This document shows, piece by piece, positions 17,851-27,894 of a stretch of 64,000 bases of DNA. Positions within the stretch are counted from its first letter, which is position 1. Each line of letters opens with the position of its first letter. This stretch comes from Candidatus Babeliales bacterium (GTDB lineage Bacteria; Babelota; Babeliae; Babelales; JANWKD01), in assembly GCA_963722075.1 (NCBI GenBank), contig CAVRJM010000001.1:149898-213897 (forward strand), given 5' to 3'. The notes beneath the pieces are model-generated. The model saw only the letters and a program-made list of their open reading frames with translations, ran no database searches and was not told the origin of the DNA. The position numbers and the translations under genes were made by a program.

Positions 17851-17944
17851 AATTTCCTACTTTTAGTAATTTGTTAAATTTATTTAAAATGTGAGTTTTT
17901 GCTTAGTGCAGAAAATTATGATACTTGATATGGATTTACAAATG

Positions 17945-18012
17945 GACGTCGTTGCGATCTAGCCTTCGCTCAAGAGCTTCGGCGGACATGGCCCCTGCCG
18001 AAGCAATCCAGG
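17945..18012. repeat. GC-rich mosaic repeat (modules B + A, reverse)
   Basis: gacgtcgttgcgatctagccttcgctcaagagcttcggcggacatggcccctgccgaagcaatccagg is the reverse-complement counterpart of 23002-23054. Confidence 0.8.
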
Positions 18013-18129
18013 CTCAATTATAAATTTTTTAACTACTGATTTATTAATTAATTTAATGAATTATTAATTACTTTTTTATTAAATTAATGAGCTTTTCCAG
18101 GTGCCTATACTCTTTATTTGGTTTTTAAT

Positions 18130-18160
18130 CTGGATTGCTTCGGCAAGCTCGCAACGACGG
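18130..18160. repeat. GC-rich repeat module A
   Basis: ctggattgcttcggcaagctcgcaacgacgg. It forms a 13-nt inverted repeat with 18000-18012 across a 117-nt AT-rich spacer. Confidence 0.8.
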
Positions 18161-18272
18161 CTTTCTATCTACATATTTTTTAACTTTGAGTAAATCATAA
18201 TATTTCTACAAAAAATCAATTGGAATCTAGTATAGCGTTAAAAATGTATAAGAAAAAATAAGAAAAATGAAT

Positions 18273-18689
18273 TTACTTATTTTCAAATATTTTTGAGATA
18301 AGCTTATCAATATGTACATCATAATCTGTTCTCATCTCATTAATTTTATCTTTCATACGAAGTATATCTTCAAGCATTACATTAGGAAGGGAACCACCTT
18401 CCTTTGCGCTTACGATCATAAAAAGTAATCGTTCATGGGCTGGTAAATATGCATAATAACCCACTCCTCCTTTAATTGCATCAAAGGTTCTAATCTCGGA
18501 AATAAAATTTTCAGCTAAAGTTTTTAAATTAACAGGGCCTGTTTCACGTAATATTTTTATGATTTTTCTTTCAAATTCAGCCGCTTCTATTGCCTCTCTT
18601 TCCCGAGAACTTAATTGTCTTTCCATGGCCATAAGGGTAAATGGGGCAAAGGCTATGGTAAAAAGGGCTATTTTTAACAGATTTTTCAT
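18273..18689 (-). CDS. secreted hypothetical protein
   Basis: SD ggagg lies 6 nt before the ATG at 18689. MKNLLKIALFTIAFAPFTLMA|MERQ. Confidence 0.6.
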   Translation of the reverse strand: MKNLLKIALFTIAFAPFTLMAMERQLSSREREAIEAAEFERKIIKILRETGPVNLKTLAENFISEIRTFDAIKGGVGYYAYLPAHERLLFMIVSAKEGGSLPNVMLEDILRMKDKINEMRTDYDVHIDKLISKIFENK

Positions 18690-18800
18690 TATTTCCTCCA
18701 AAGTATAGGGTTTTTTATTAATTATAACATTTCTATTTGTCAAAAATATAGGGTTTAAAGGGGATTTTAGAGCCTATCCCCAGCTTCACTTTGTGATATA

Positions 18801-18885
18801 GGGCTTGTCCCATGGTATTCTCCCGTGCCGGCAGGTATAAATAAGTTTGGGGCGGCTTGTCCCGCCGTAGCCTTGGCGAAGGCGG
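18801..18885. repeat. GC-rich mosaic repeat with CCGCC..GGCGG hairpin
   Basis: gggcttgtccc..ggcggcttgtcccgccgtagccttggcgaaggcgg. The hairpin module also occurs at 50690 with a compensated stem (cccagccgtagccttggcgtaggctgg). Confidence 0.75.
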
Positions 18886-19006
18886 AAAAATTGACATTTT
18901 CAAGGTTTTGCGTAGAATAAACAATAAAAATAGGTAAAAATCATTACTAATTTACCTTTCTTATACAAAACTGTTCTTAAAAATTATTCATACAAAAGGA
19001 TTTGCG

Positions 19007-19267
19007 ATGGCAACCAGTAAATCGGGCGGTTCCACCTCGAACGGCCGAGATAGTCGTAGTAAACGATTAGGCGTTAAATTATTTGATGGGCAAGTAGTTA
19101 ACGGGGGCGAAATTCTTGTTCGTCAACGTGGTACTAGAATTCACCCCGGTTCTGCAGTAGGTATTGGAACTGATCATACCCTATTTGCATTATCTTCTGG
19201 ATTTGTTAAGTTCCATTATGGACCTAAAAAAAGAAGATATGTATCTATTATTGAGAAAAATGCGTAA
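19007..19267 (+). CDS. rpmA: 50S ribosomal protein L27
   Basis: [44 protein letters not shown] is the canonical L27 sequence. Confidence 0.96.
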   Translation: MATSKSGGSTSNGRDSRSKRLGVKLFDGQVVNGGEILVRQRGTRIHPGSAVGIGTDHTLFALSSGFVKFHYGPKKRRYVSIIEKNA

Positions 19268-19350
19268 TTTTTCCCATATCCAATAATAGTTTTATAATAA
19301 AAAACGAGTAATACCTTATGCTATCACCTAGTTTACGGTTGGAGAGTACC

Positions 19351-20238
19351 ATGATAGATTTTCTAAGATATCGCGTAGCATGTGCTATTTTTTCCCTCTT
19401 AATATTTTTTGGTTTTATTGGCATGTATGTATACCGTATGAATACTCGAGGGTATGCTTTTAGCTATAGCGTTGATTTTACGGGTGGTACACAAATTCTG
19501 ATGCGTTTTGCACAACCGGTTACTGATAGCCAAATTAAGGATGTACTTGAGCGCAATGGATTTAGTAATCCGGTCATGCGTGATTTCTCGGCGACTGAAG
19601 TAGCAGTACGGCTTAAACAAGTTGCTACTGATACAAAGGGATTAAGTGATACGATTAAGCAGACCTTGCAAGATGGATTTCCTAATAATAGCGTTGAAAT
19701 ACTTTCTGTCGATAGTGTAAGTGGTGCTATTGGTGAAGTATTGCGTTGGAAATCAATTTATGCTGTTTGTTTAGCGCTTTTCTTAATGTTGTTATACATA
19801 TGGTTCCGTTTCTGGTCGGTAAGTTTTGGCGTGGGGGCAGTTGTAGCGCTTTTTCATGATGCCATGGCCATTCTTTTTGTTTTCTTATTATTAGATAAAG
19901 AAATTTCTATCAATGTTATTAGTGCAATTTTAGCGGTACTTGGTTACTCGATTAACGATACGATCGTTATTTTTACTAGGATTCGCCAAAACATAAAAAC
20001 AATGAAAAACATGTCTATTGATAAGATCGTTAATATCAGCCTTAATCAAACATTACGTCGCACCATTTTAACCAGCTTTGCAACAACGTTAGTGGTATTA
20101 TCGCTCATGATTTTAGGTGGCGAAGCATTGCGCGATCTCTCATTAGCATTATTGGTTGGTATGATCTTCGGGACTTATTCATCTATTTACATAGCAGCTC
20201 CGGTTATGTTACTCTTATATAAAGAAGGAGCTAAATAA
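19351..20238 (+). CDS. secF: protein translocase subunit SecF
   Basis: SVDFTGGTQILMRF, conserved TM block ..LFHDAMAILFVF.., INDTIVIFTRIRQN. SD ggagag precedes the ATG at 19351. No secD is adjacent. Confidence 0.9.
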   Translation: MIDFLRYRVACAIFSLLIFFGFIGMYVYRMNTRGYAFSYSVDFTGGTQILMRFAQPVTDSQIKDVLERNGFSNPVMRDFSATEVAVRLKQVATDTKGLSDTIKQTLQDGFPNNSVEILSVDSVSGAIGEVLRWKSIYAVCLALFLMLLYIWFRFWSVSFGVGAVVALFHDAMAILFVFLLLDKEISINVISAILAVLGYSINDTIVIFTRIRQNIKTMKNMSIDKIVNISLNQTLRRTILTSFATTLVVLSLMILGGEALRDLSLALLVGMIFGTYSSIYIAAPVMLLLYKEGAK

Positions 20239-20444
20239 AATACTAAACACGTTTCTTTTAACAAATCAATGGAGTGAAAAATTCGTCTATTTTGTTTCAT
20301 TTTTATGTAAGTAAAGCAGTGTATTGTCATTATATATTCACACTGTTTTTTGTATTCTAAAAAATTTCGTTTTTTTAATATTCTATTTAAAAAAGTAATA
20401 AAAAATTTTTAATTGTATCATTCTTCTTAAGGAGATCTATCGTT

Positions 20445-21749
20445 ATGGTAACGCAAGAATTAGAGAAAATGAGTCTTGCCGATTTAAATCAATATGCACG
20501 AAAATTGGGTGTAGTAGGCGCTACCTTAATGTCAAAAGTGGTTTTAATTCAAAAAATTAAAGAACTACAAGAAAATCCTGATAAGGAATTGGAAGTAGAA
20601 GGGGTATTAGAAAAATTACCTGATGGATTTGGGTTTTTACGATCTGCTAAATTTGATTATGTATCCGGCCCTGATGATATTTATGTTTCGCCATCTCAAA
20701 TACGTCGTTTTGGTTTAAGAACGGGGGATACGGTATCAGGCGTTATCCGTAAACCTAAAGACGGGGAAAAATATTTTGCCTTATTAAAGATTGATAAAGT
20801 AAATTTTATGGATCCATCAACGCTTGGTGATCGATTATTCTTTGATCGCTTAACACCGTTGCATCCCGATAAAAAATTTAATTTAGAATCTAATCCCACC
20901 TATATTTCTACTCGTTTAATGGATATTTTCTCGCCTATAGGTAAAGGACAGCGCGGATTAATTGTTGCGCCGCCAAAAGCAGGTAAAACGGTTCTCTTAA
21001 AAGAAATCGCTCAAACTATTTTAGCCAATCATCCAGAAGTATATCTCATTGTTCTTTTAGTTGATGAACGCCCTGAGGAAGTTTCTGATATGCGCCGTTC
21101 TATAAAAGGCATGAACGCTGAAGTAATTAGTTCTACCTTTGATGAGGCAGCAGAACGTCACGTGCAAGTTGCAGAAATTGTGTTAGAGAAAGCAAAACGC
21201 TTTGTTGAAGTAGGCAAAGATGTGGTTATCGTGCTTGATGCTATTACCCGTTTAGCGCGTGCTTATAATACTATTGCACCAGCATCTGGTAAAATTTTAA
21301 CCGGTGGTATTGATGCTAATGCTTTGCAGCGGCCAAAACGGTTTTTTGGTGCAGCACGTAATACTGAAGAGGGCGGATCTCTTACCATTATTGCAACCGC
21401 ATTAATTGAGACTGGTTCTCGTATGGACGAAGTTATTTACGAGGAATTCAAGGGAACTGGTAATATGGAAATGCACCTGAGTCGAAAATTAGCAAACCGT
21501 CGCTTATTTCCTGCCTTTGATCTACTCATTTCTGGTACCCGTAAGGAAGATTTACTACTTTCTCCCGATGAACTTAATAAATCATGGATTCTACGTAAGT
21601 TCTTGGCTACAATGCCTACGGTAGAAGGCATGGAATTCTTAATTGATAAAATGAAAAAGCATAAAACGAACGCTGAATTTTTTGAATCAATTCATAAGAA
21701 GAATGGAAGCAGCTCCAATGGTTCTTCAAATCCTGGCTCTGCAGCATAA
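20445..21749 (+). CDS. rho: transcription termination factor Rho
   Basis: N-terminal Rho domain ([15 protein letters not shown]), RNA-binding [10 protein letters not shown], Walker [22 protein letters not shown], and the [23 protein letters not shown] block. Confidence 0.96.
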   Translation: MVTQELEKMSLADLNQYARKLGVVGATLMSKVVLIQKIKELQENPDKELEVEGVLEKLPDGFGFLRSAKFDYVSGPDDIYVSPSQIRRFGLRTGDTVSGVIRKPKDGEKYFALLKIDKVNFMDPSTLGDRLFFDRLTPLHPDKKFNLESNPTYISTRLMDIFSPIGKGQRGLIVAPPKAGKTVLLKEIAQTILANHPEVYLIVLLVDERPEEVSDMRRSIKGMNAEVISSTFDEAAERHVQVAEIVLEKAKRFVEVGKDVVIVLDAITRLARAYNTIAPASGKILTGGIDANALQRPKRFFGAARNTEEGGSLTIIATALIETGSRMDEVIYEEFKGTGNMEMHLSRKLANRRLFPAFDLLISGTRKEDLLLSPDELNKSWILRKFLATMPTVEGMEFLIDKMKKHKTNAEFFESIHKKNGSSSNGSSNPGSAA

Positions 21750-22092
21750 ATTAATTTTTTTGGTAGCAGTAATAGGATTCTTGGCTACTGCAATGGAACC
21801 ACCGCATAAGAAAATAAAAGAAACTAAATCCTTGCCAGCTTTATCAGAGCGATTGCCTACTGAAGCATCGTTACGCATTAGAGCGATTTATTGCTTAGCA
21901 CAAAAATATCATGAAGAGAGTCCATATGGTGAAGGTAGTGAAGATAATACATTATCAGCTATAGCAACAAAGGTGCCCGATAATTGCTGGTGTTTACTGG
22001 AAGCGCTTTATAAAAAGAAACTACAGCCAACGCGTGCCTTAAGATTCATATGTAAGCATATTATGCCGATGAAGACATGGTGTACGATTTAA
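21682..22092 (+). CDS. hypothetical N-terminal fragment; possibly the 5' part of a split ankyrin-repeat gene
   Basis: The ORF overlaps the rho 3' end; a likely start is the TTG at ~21763 giving (M)[10 protein letters not shown]|MEPPHKK. It ends 16 nt after the next ORF starts, in a different frame. The downstream frame is open from 22056 (..[19 protein letters not shown]). Confidence 0.4.
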   Translation: MNQFIRRMEAAPMVLQILALQHKLIFLVAVIGFLATAMEPPHKKIKETKSLPALSERLPTEASLRIRAIYCLAQKYHEESPYGEGSEDNTLSAIATKVPDNCWCLLEALYKKKLQPTRALRFICKHIMPMKTWCTI

Positions 22093-22820
22093 TCAGTATT
22101 GGTGCAAGCCCCAATTGCTTTGTGCGGTGTGATGGGTATCGCATACCCATTTTAGTAAGTATGATTAAAATTGGCAGGTCATCAGTTGTCGAAGCATTGC
22201 TACAATGTGGTGCTCATCCCAATAAAGTATATTACCATGATGATGCTTGTTCATATGAAAATAGAATATATAAATCAATTTCAGTATTAATGCATGCTGC
22301 GCTTTTTAAAAAGAAGAAAGAAATAGGCATACTTTTGTGTTATGGCGCAGACATAGCGCAAAGGCAGGGCGCCGGTTATACCACATTGGAATATGCTGCA
22401 CCTGATAAAGAAGCGATGGAATTATTATTAGAGGCAGGTGCACCTAAAAATGATGCCGTGCTCGATTTTACTATTGAAAAAAAATACACCCAGATAACCA
22501 ATTGGCTATTAATAAGCCATGATTTCAAACCAGATTTAGAAACATTGTGTCGAGCGTTAGAAAAAAATGAATCTGCTACGGTTGGGGTACTGTTAGATTT
22601 GAAAATTCCTGAAATTACTATCCATAGCAAATGGGGCACATATCCTATCGTTGCTAAGGCGATAGATAATGATTGTGTTGCAAGTCTAGAACAATTTCTT
22701 AATCGTGGATTACCCATTAATTATCAAGTTGATCAACGAGGTACTACGTTACTACAATATGCACGACGAGAAAATGCAGTCAGAATCATGCAGTATCTTA
22801 CAGAGCATGGGGCTCATTAA
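22077..22820 (+). CDS. ankyrin-repeat protein
   Basis: Repeated ..LL..GA.PN.. units ([45 protein letters not shown]). Confidence 0.8.
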   Translation: MVYDLISIGASPNCFVRCDGYRIPILVSMIKIGRSSVVEALLQCGAHPNKVYYHDDACSYENRIYKSISVLMHAALFKKKKEIGILLCYGADIAQRQGAGYTTLEYAAPDKEAMELLLEAGAPKNDAVLDFTIEKKYTQITNWLLISHDFKPDLETLCRALEKNESATVGVLLDLKIPEITIHSKWGTYPIVAKAIDNDCVASLEQFLNRGLPINYQVDQRGTTLLQYARRENAVRIMQYLTEHGAH

Positions 22821-22841
22821 TTCTATATACTCAAAAAAGAT

Positions 22842-22870
22842 GTCGTTGCGAGCTTGCGAAGCAATCCAGG
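22842..22870. repeat. GC-rich repeat module A (reverse)
   Basis: gtcgttgcgagcttgcgaagcaatccagg. Its last 13 nt form a perfect inverted repeat with 23002-23014. Confidence 0.8.
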
Positions 22871-23001
22871 CTGAACATTTTTCAAAACTACAAGAATTAA
22901 TTTATCTATCCAAAAAACCCGAAATAAGTATGTTTATTATCTTTCCATTATTATTACCAGAATTAATTTGCGTGTAATTAATAGAGCAATTTTTATATAA
23001 A

Positions 23002-23054
23002 CCTGGATTGCTTCTCCGCCGAAGCTCTTCGAGCGAAGGCTGGATCGCAATGAC
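23002..23054. repeat. GC-rich mosaic repeat (modules A-start + B)
   Basis: cctggattgcttctccgccgaagctcttcgagcgaaggctggatcgcaatgac; compare 17945 (reverse complement), 33165 and 60228. Confidence 0.8.
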
Positions 23055-23132
23055 ATTGGTTTATAATTTTATGTAAATTGAACATCACTTTCTACAATAA
23101 TCTGCCCAAGAAGAATTATTAAAATAGAGACA

Positions 23133-25148
23133 TCATGCGGCTGGATTAAGGTATTCATATGCATTATCAATAATCGAGCTTTCAATTCCTTCTTCTTTAA
23201 GAATATCAAGTGCAATATGTTGCTCGGATATTCCTGGCTCTAATTTAAATGGATAATGAATATGACCAAGCGGGTCAATTTCTACCGATACTTTGTAATT
23301 ACTAAAACTTGAATCCTCACTGAGTTGTGTTAGTTCAGCAAAATGGGTGGCGATAATACTCAAACAATTGGGCAACGTTCCTAAATAATGCGCAATGCTT
23401 AATGCAGCAGCTTTGCTTTCGGCAACTGAGGTTCCGTTAAATAATTCATCCATAGCAAGTAAGCACCGTTGCTGTTGATTTATTTGTTGGGTAATATCAC
23501 ACAATGTATGAACGCGTATCACTTGTGCCTTAAATAATGAGTTACCCGAAGCAATATCATCTTGAATATTTAAATAGGTGGCAATTGCGTCAAAAGGGGT
23601 AATTATTGCTTTATCAGCTGCAGCGATCCCGATAGTTTGGGCAAGTACTATATTAATTATTAATCCTTTAATAAGCGCTGATTTTCCGCCGGCATTGGGA
23701 CCCGTCAAAATAACATTGGGTTTATCGGTATCGCCCATAACTAAGGAATTAGGGACCACTATATTTTTATTAATTAAAATGTTCCAAAAGTTATGCAGTT
23801 CAATAAAAGGAGTTGCTTGTGCTTTATATTCTACAAAACAGAAATGAACATGCTCATGTTCAAACTCTTTAAGGAGCGTGGCACATGAGAGGTATGCATC
23901 TAATTGGCCTACTAATAAAAATAATTGTTGGAGTGATGCTTTAACGGTATGCATCAAACGATACGCAGCTAAAATAGTTCCTTGATGAGCAAAAAAGGTG
24001 GCAGGAGATTTAAAAGTATCGCTTTTTAATAAGGTAAATAATTTTTTTATTTTTTTGTATTTTTTTAGGGTGTCCATTTGGTTAATGAAATCAGTGGCAA
24101 TACTGCAGTGTTGCATTAAGTAGCGATTATGTTTAAGGATATCGTACATCTGTTCAAAAGAAGCAAACGCATCTGCCAGCGCCATTAACTTTTGGTGCAT
24201 TAAAAGTTGGAGGGTAATATTATCAATGGTCCAATCAAAATTTTCTTTAAATGATAAGCCTGAATAACCACTAGCTAAAGTACAAAGTCCTGTTTGGGCA
24301 TATTTATTGGTACTAAAATAAGTAATGCAAGCACTTAATACCGCAGGACATACGCTTTGAAAATAAGTGCCAACTTGATGAATAGTATTTGGTAATGGTA
24401 CATCAAGTAATTGCATTAAACTATATAGTGGCAATGAAACAACGGCACCCAGTAAAAGTGCTGTGGTAGAAATACGAATTTGATGGTCCCATAATGATTT
24501 TGCTAGCAGTAAGAGTTCAGAGCTATTTAATAAATGATCAAATTTTTTTATGGCTGGTATTGAAAAATAACAGCGCTTACTTGCTTGTACAAAGCCATCT
24601 TGGCCGCCATAAAATGATAAGATAATATTTTCTTGAAGTGCAATTTTTTGTAAGCATTCATGTAGCTGCGTATATAATGATTCATTGCTCATGAAATAAC
24701 GAATGAGTGATTGCCGTTGTTGTAATTCGGTTATAGAACTAATAGGCGCGCTGAGCAACCCATATAAGTAGATTCTACCAAATTGTGTAAGGGTGCGATC
24801 AACACAATGTGCAGCAAACGTATCTTCCTTTTTATTACCGCACAAAAGATTAATATCTTGAGCGGTAATCATATCAAATAAAATTGCGGGCAGCTGCGTT
24901 GGGTGTTGTATTGCGGCCTTATCAAATATGGTAAAGGTAGTTTTTTGTTTTTTGAATGGTTGAAGATTTTGTTGGTATTTAAAACAGCGATTAAGATAAT
25001 CGCCAAAGCATTCATTGGGCCATTCCTCATCGTCCCATGAAAGTGAGCGCATTGCGTACGGTTCTATTTTTTTATAAATAGTTTCGTGTGCTTCAGTTGA
25101 TAATAATAACCAAGTAATTAAAATAATTAGTAGATGTTTTTTTTTCAT
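23133..25148 (-). CDS. MutS-related ATPase (domain III/V only) with N-terminal signal/TM and internal TM segments
   Basis: Walker A LTGPNAGGKSALIKG, Walker B LLAMDELFNGTS, and ..ATHF.. as in MutS domain V. There is no mismatch-binding domain. The N-terminus is MKKKHLLIILITWLLLSTEA, and hydrophobic helices lie around residues 225-290. Confidence 0.8.
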   Translation of the reverse strand: MKKKHLLIILITWLLLSTEAHETIYKKIEPYAMRSLSWDDEEWPNECFGDYLNRCFKYQQNLQPFKKQKTTFTIFDKAAIQHPTQLPAILFDMITAQDINLLCGNKKEDTFAAHCVDRTLTQFGRIYLYGLLSAPISSITELQQRQSLIRYFMSNESLYTQLHECLQKIALQENIILSFYGGQDGFVQASKRCYFSIPAIKKFDHLLNSSELLLLAKSLWDHQIRISTTALLLGAVVSLPLYSLMQLLDVPLPNTIHQVGTYFQSVCPAVLSACITYFSTNKYAQTGLCTLASGYSGLSFKENFDWTIDNITLQLLMHQKLMALADAFASFEQMYDILKHNRYLMQHCSIATDFINQMDTLKKYKKIKKLFTLLKSDTFKSPATFFAHQGTILAAYRLMHTVKASLQQLFLLVGQLDAYLSCATLLKEFEHEHVHFCFVEYKAQATPFIELHNFWNILINKNIVVPNSLVMGDTDKPNVILTGPNAGGKSALIKGLIINIVLAQTIGIAAADKAIITPFDAIATYLNIQDDIASGNSLFKAQVIRVHTLCDITQQINQQQRCLLAMDELFNGTSVAESKAAALSIAHYLGTLPNCLSIIATHFAELTQLSEDSSFSNYKVSVEIDPLGHIHYPFKLEPGISEQHIALDILKEEGIESSIIDNAYEYLNPAA

Positions 25149-25218
25149 AACTGCCTTTTTTGATAAATGAATTGAGTAATAATGGCAGTTTGAAGAATAA
25201 TTATTGTATCTATATTTG

Positions 25219-26199
25219 TCAAATTAATAACGGGTATTCTTTAAACCCAATTAAACGACATTCAGGCTGCGGTAAAATACCAAATTGTTCATAAACGCGT
25301 TGTTGCATAGTGCGCGCAAGAGAAATAATATCAGCGCTAGTTGCATTGCCTTTATTAACGATCATATTAGCATGCTGATACGAAACAATGGCATCTCCAT
25401 AGGTAAGTACTCCTTTTACCCCAATTTTATCTAAATAATAAGCAACATAAATAAGCTTTTTGCCGTTGCTCATGAGGCTTACTTCATGCTCATAGAAGTT
25501 TCTAAAAAAGCTACCGCAGGTTCCGCTGGTAGGATAACGTGATGCACGATGGCGAATAATTTCTACGGATCGTCCGCGTGCAAATGCTGCTTCTAGTTGG
25601 GTGATTTTTTTTACTTTAAAGGTAGCGCTTACTAAATAATACTGATCTGATTGTAAGGTAGAATCATTATAGCCAAAATTAAACCACCCATTATCGACAT
25701 GTTTAATAATTCCAGTTTCTTTTTCTATAACTTCCGCGCTTACCAAAAAATGGGAAAGTAGGAATTGAAAATAATGCAAATTAATAAAAACGGAACCGCC
25801 TACGGTGCCGGGAATACCGCTAAATTCTTCCAGCCCACTCAGATTATTATCAAGGCAGGTATTAATAAGGTCAGCAATAGTAATGCCCGCGCCAGCTTTT
25901 ACTAAAAGATAATCTTTGTCACCATCAAAAAATTCAACATTTTTTAAGTGAGGACGAATTACCAACCCATTGAAGCCCTGATCGCTTATTAAGATGTTGG
26001 CGCCTTGCCCCAGGAGAAAAATAGGCAGATTGTATTGTTGGCCAAAAGAAAGTGCACTTTGGAATTCATGAATATGTGTTGGTTCACTAAAAAAAGCAGC
26101 AGTGCCGCCCGTACTAAACCAATTTTTATCGTGCAATGGCACGTTAATCTGAATGTTTGAAGGAAGTAAAGATGGTTCTATAAGTTCAAGATTATTCAT
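25219..26199 (-). CDS. murB: UDP-N-acetylenolpyruvoylglucosamine reductase
   Basis: FAD-binding PCMH pattern (FSTGGTAAFF, LGQGANILISD, IPGTVGGSVFIN) and C-terminal ..GSFFRN.., ..HANMIVN. Confidence 0.92.
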   Translation of the reverse strand: MNNLELIEPSLLPSNIQINVPLHDKNWFSTGGTAAFFSEPTHIHEFQSALSFGQQYNLPIFLLGQGANILISDQGFNGLVIRPHLKNVEFFDGDKDYLLVKAGAGITIADLINTCLDNNLSGLEEFSGIPGTVGGSVFINLHYFQFLLSHFLVSAEVIEKETGIIKHVDNGWFNFGYNDSTLQSDQYYLVSATFKVKKITQLEAAFARGRSVEIIRHRASRYPTSGTCGSFFRNFYEHEVSLMSNGKKLIYVAYYLDKIGVKGVLTYGDAIVSYQHANMIVNKGNATSADIISLARTMQQRVYEQFGILPQPECRLIGFKEYPLLI

Positions 26200-27121
26200 T
26201 GGTTTGTAGTTGAATGGAACAAACTTTTTTTGGTATGGTTCGAATTACTACTTTTTTTTGTTCAACTAAGATGGAACATTCTTTGCTACAGGTATTGCCA
26301 AAACGTGCGATGCAGCCAGGACAGGCGATAAATTGGTTATTGCATTCAGCATTTATGCAGTTAGTATAATCATCATACATAATGCCGCATAGTTCGCAAT
26401 TAGTCAGAATATCATCAGTAACCTTAACAGCAATGCGCCCATCAAAAACATAGTTTTTGCCTTTAAAATAACCATCGGGGAACTGCTCTGCGTAGCGATG
26501 AATACCCCCTTCAAGCTGATAAACTTTGCTAGCAACATTTTTTGATTTTAAGTAACTTGATGCGCGTTCGCATCTAATGCCACCGGTGCAATACATAAGC
26601 ACTTCTTTATCTTTAAAAAGTTCTTGATTAGCATCAATGTAGTCAGGTAACTCCCGAAAATGATCAATATTTGGGGTGATTGCCTGCTTGAAAGCGCCAA
26701 TACGTGATTCATAGTTATTGCGTGCGTCTAAAATGATTAAGTTATCAGGTGGTTCAGTCAGGAGCTCATGTACCTGCTCAGGAGTTAGGTGAATTCCGCC
26801 ATTTTTAGCGGTAATTTCTTGTGTATCAAGCCCTAGATGAGTAATTTCATTTTTAACGACAATGCGTAAGCGGGGAAAGTAATCGGCAGCGCCGTCACTT
26901 TCTTTAAAATCAATATGTAAAAATAACGGATGCTCATTCATAAGCTGTTTATAGCTTGCAATTGAATCATTAGTTCCACCTAAGGTGCCATTAATTCCTT
27001 CATGAGCAATGATAACGCGTCCTTTAAGATGAAGCTCTTTACCTATTTTTTCTTGCCATTTTCTGATTTGCTCAGGATAGGTAATATCGACGTATTTATA
27101 AAATAATATAATTTTACCCAT
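26192..27121 (-). CDS. trhO: rhodanese-domain tRNA uridine(34) hydroxylase (UPF0176/YceA family)
   Basis: ILFYKYVDI..LHLKGRVIIAHEGINGTLGG, rhodanese active-site loop YCTGGIRCERAS, and a C-terminal Cys-rich tail. Confidence 0.88.
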   Translation of the reverse strand: MGKIILFYKYVDITYPEQIRKWQEKIGKELHLKGRVIIAHEGINGTLGGTNDSIASYKQLMNEHPLFLHIDFKESDGAADYFPRLRIVVKNEITHLGLDTQEITAKNGGIHLTPEQVHELLTEPPDNLIILDARNNYESRIGAFKQAITPNIDHFRELPDYIDANQELFKDKEVLMYCTGGIRCERASSYLKSKNVASKVYQLEGGIHRYAEQFPDGYFKGKNYVFDGRIAVKVTDDILTNCELCGIMYDDYTNCINAECNNQFIACPGCIARFGNTCSKECSILVEQKKVVIRTIPKKVCSIQLQTNE

Positions 27122-27277
27122 AGTTTGTTATTTATAGTGGTTAAAGTGATGAAGCGGGAATCATTTTTTCTTAAAAGTATCAAAAAACTCTCAATTTGTC
27201 GAATAAGGCAGGTATATTACTAGCAGGCAAATATATAAAAATTAATGTATAAGGCCATGTTGACTAAGATTTAGTTT

Positions 27278-27306
27278 ACGTAGACGGATGGCCATCCATT
27301 AATAAA
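27278..27306. repeat. GC-rich repeat fragment ending in ATCCATTAATAAA
   Basis: acgtagacggatggccatccattaataaa; compare 56249-56275 (acgtagacggatggggatccattaatt). Confidence 0.7.
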
Positions 27307-27436
27307 ATTATTCATACAACTATTCTAAATTATATGTTTCAGGTGCATTTGTCGGGTATTTCGGAGGTCTAAGTTGACAGGAATTGTTTATTTTTTCACA
27401 ATAAATCTATAATAAAGTGTTTTTTAAAAGGAAAAA

Positions 27437-27865
27437 ATGAAAAAAATTGCACTTCTAGGTATGCTCTTACTAGTATCTTCAGCTATACAAGCCGAAAATA
27501 CTACCGACTCAGCTATCCCTACACAAGAAATAACCAGTGATACTATTGATATGAATGGTTTTGTAGACCCTCTTATCGAGGGGTTATTAGCAGAAGAAGC
27601 AGAACTATTTCTATTTACGGTAATGCGAATAAATCGCTTGGTGTTGCAGAAACAAATTAATGATAATGCGCAGCAACACAATCAGCAATTAGAAGAATTA
27701 GCAATTCAAAATAAAGCGTTACAAGAAAGAGTGGCAGAATTAGAAGAAAAGGACGAGCAGAAAACAATAGTGATTGTTCAGATGAAATCGCAATTAAATT
27801 ACTTGGGTACCAAGCTTGCGCAGTTTGAATATAAAAAAAATAGTGAAGGCATTATTGGTGGTTAA
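27437..27865 (+). CDS. secreted coiled-coil protein
   Basis: Canonical signal peptide MKKIALLGMLLLVSSAIQA|EN, then heptad-like QQLEELAIQNKALQERVAELEEK. Confidence 0.6.
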   Translation: MKKIALLGMLLLVSSAIQAENTTDSAIPTQEITSDTIDMNGFVDPLIEGLLAEEAELFLFTVMRINRLVLQKQINDNAQQHNQQLEELAIQNKALQERVAELEEKDEQKTIVIVQMKSQLNYLGTKLAQFEYKKNSEGIIGG

Positions 27866-27894
27866 GCGCCCTTTATAAAGGATATGGTTATTCA

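Noticed and set aside
17851-18272. Search for tmRNA (ssrA) near smpB in the flanking intergenic regions (15911-16224 and 17851-18272).
   Set aside because: Neither region has a tRNA-Ala-like acceptor or T-arm, nor a resume codon with a tag ORF. Both are occupied by GC-rich repeat modules and AT-rich spacers.
20318-20356. Weak hairpin (CAGTGT..ACACTG plus T6) downstream of secF as a terminator.
   Set aside because: It has only a 6-bp stem with a ~17-nt loop, which is too weak to call without transcript 3'-end data.
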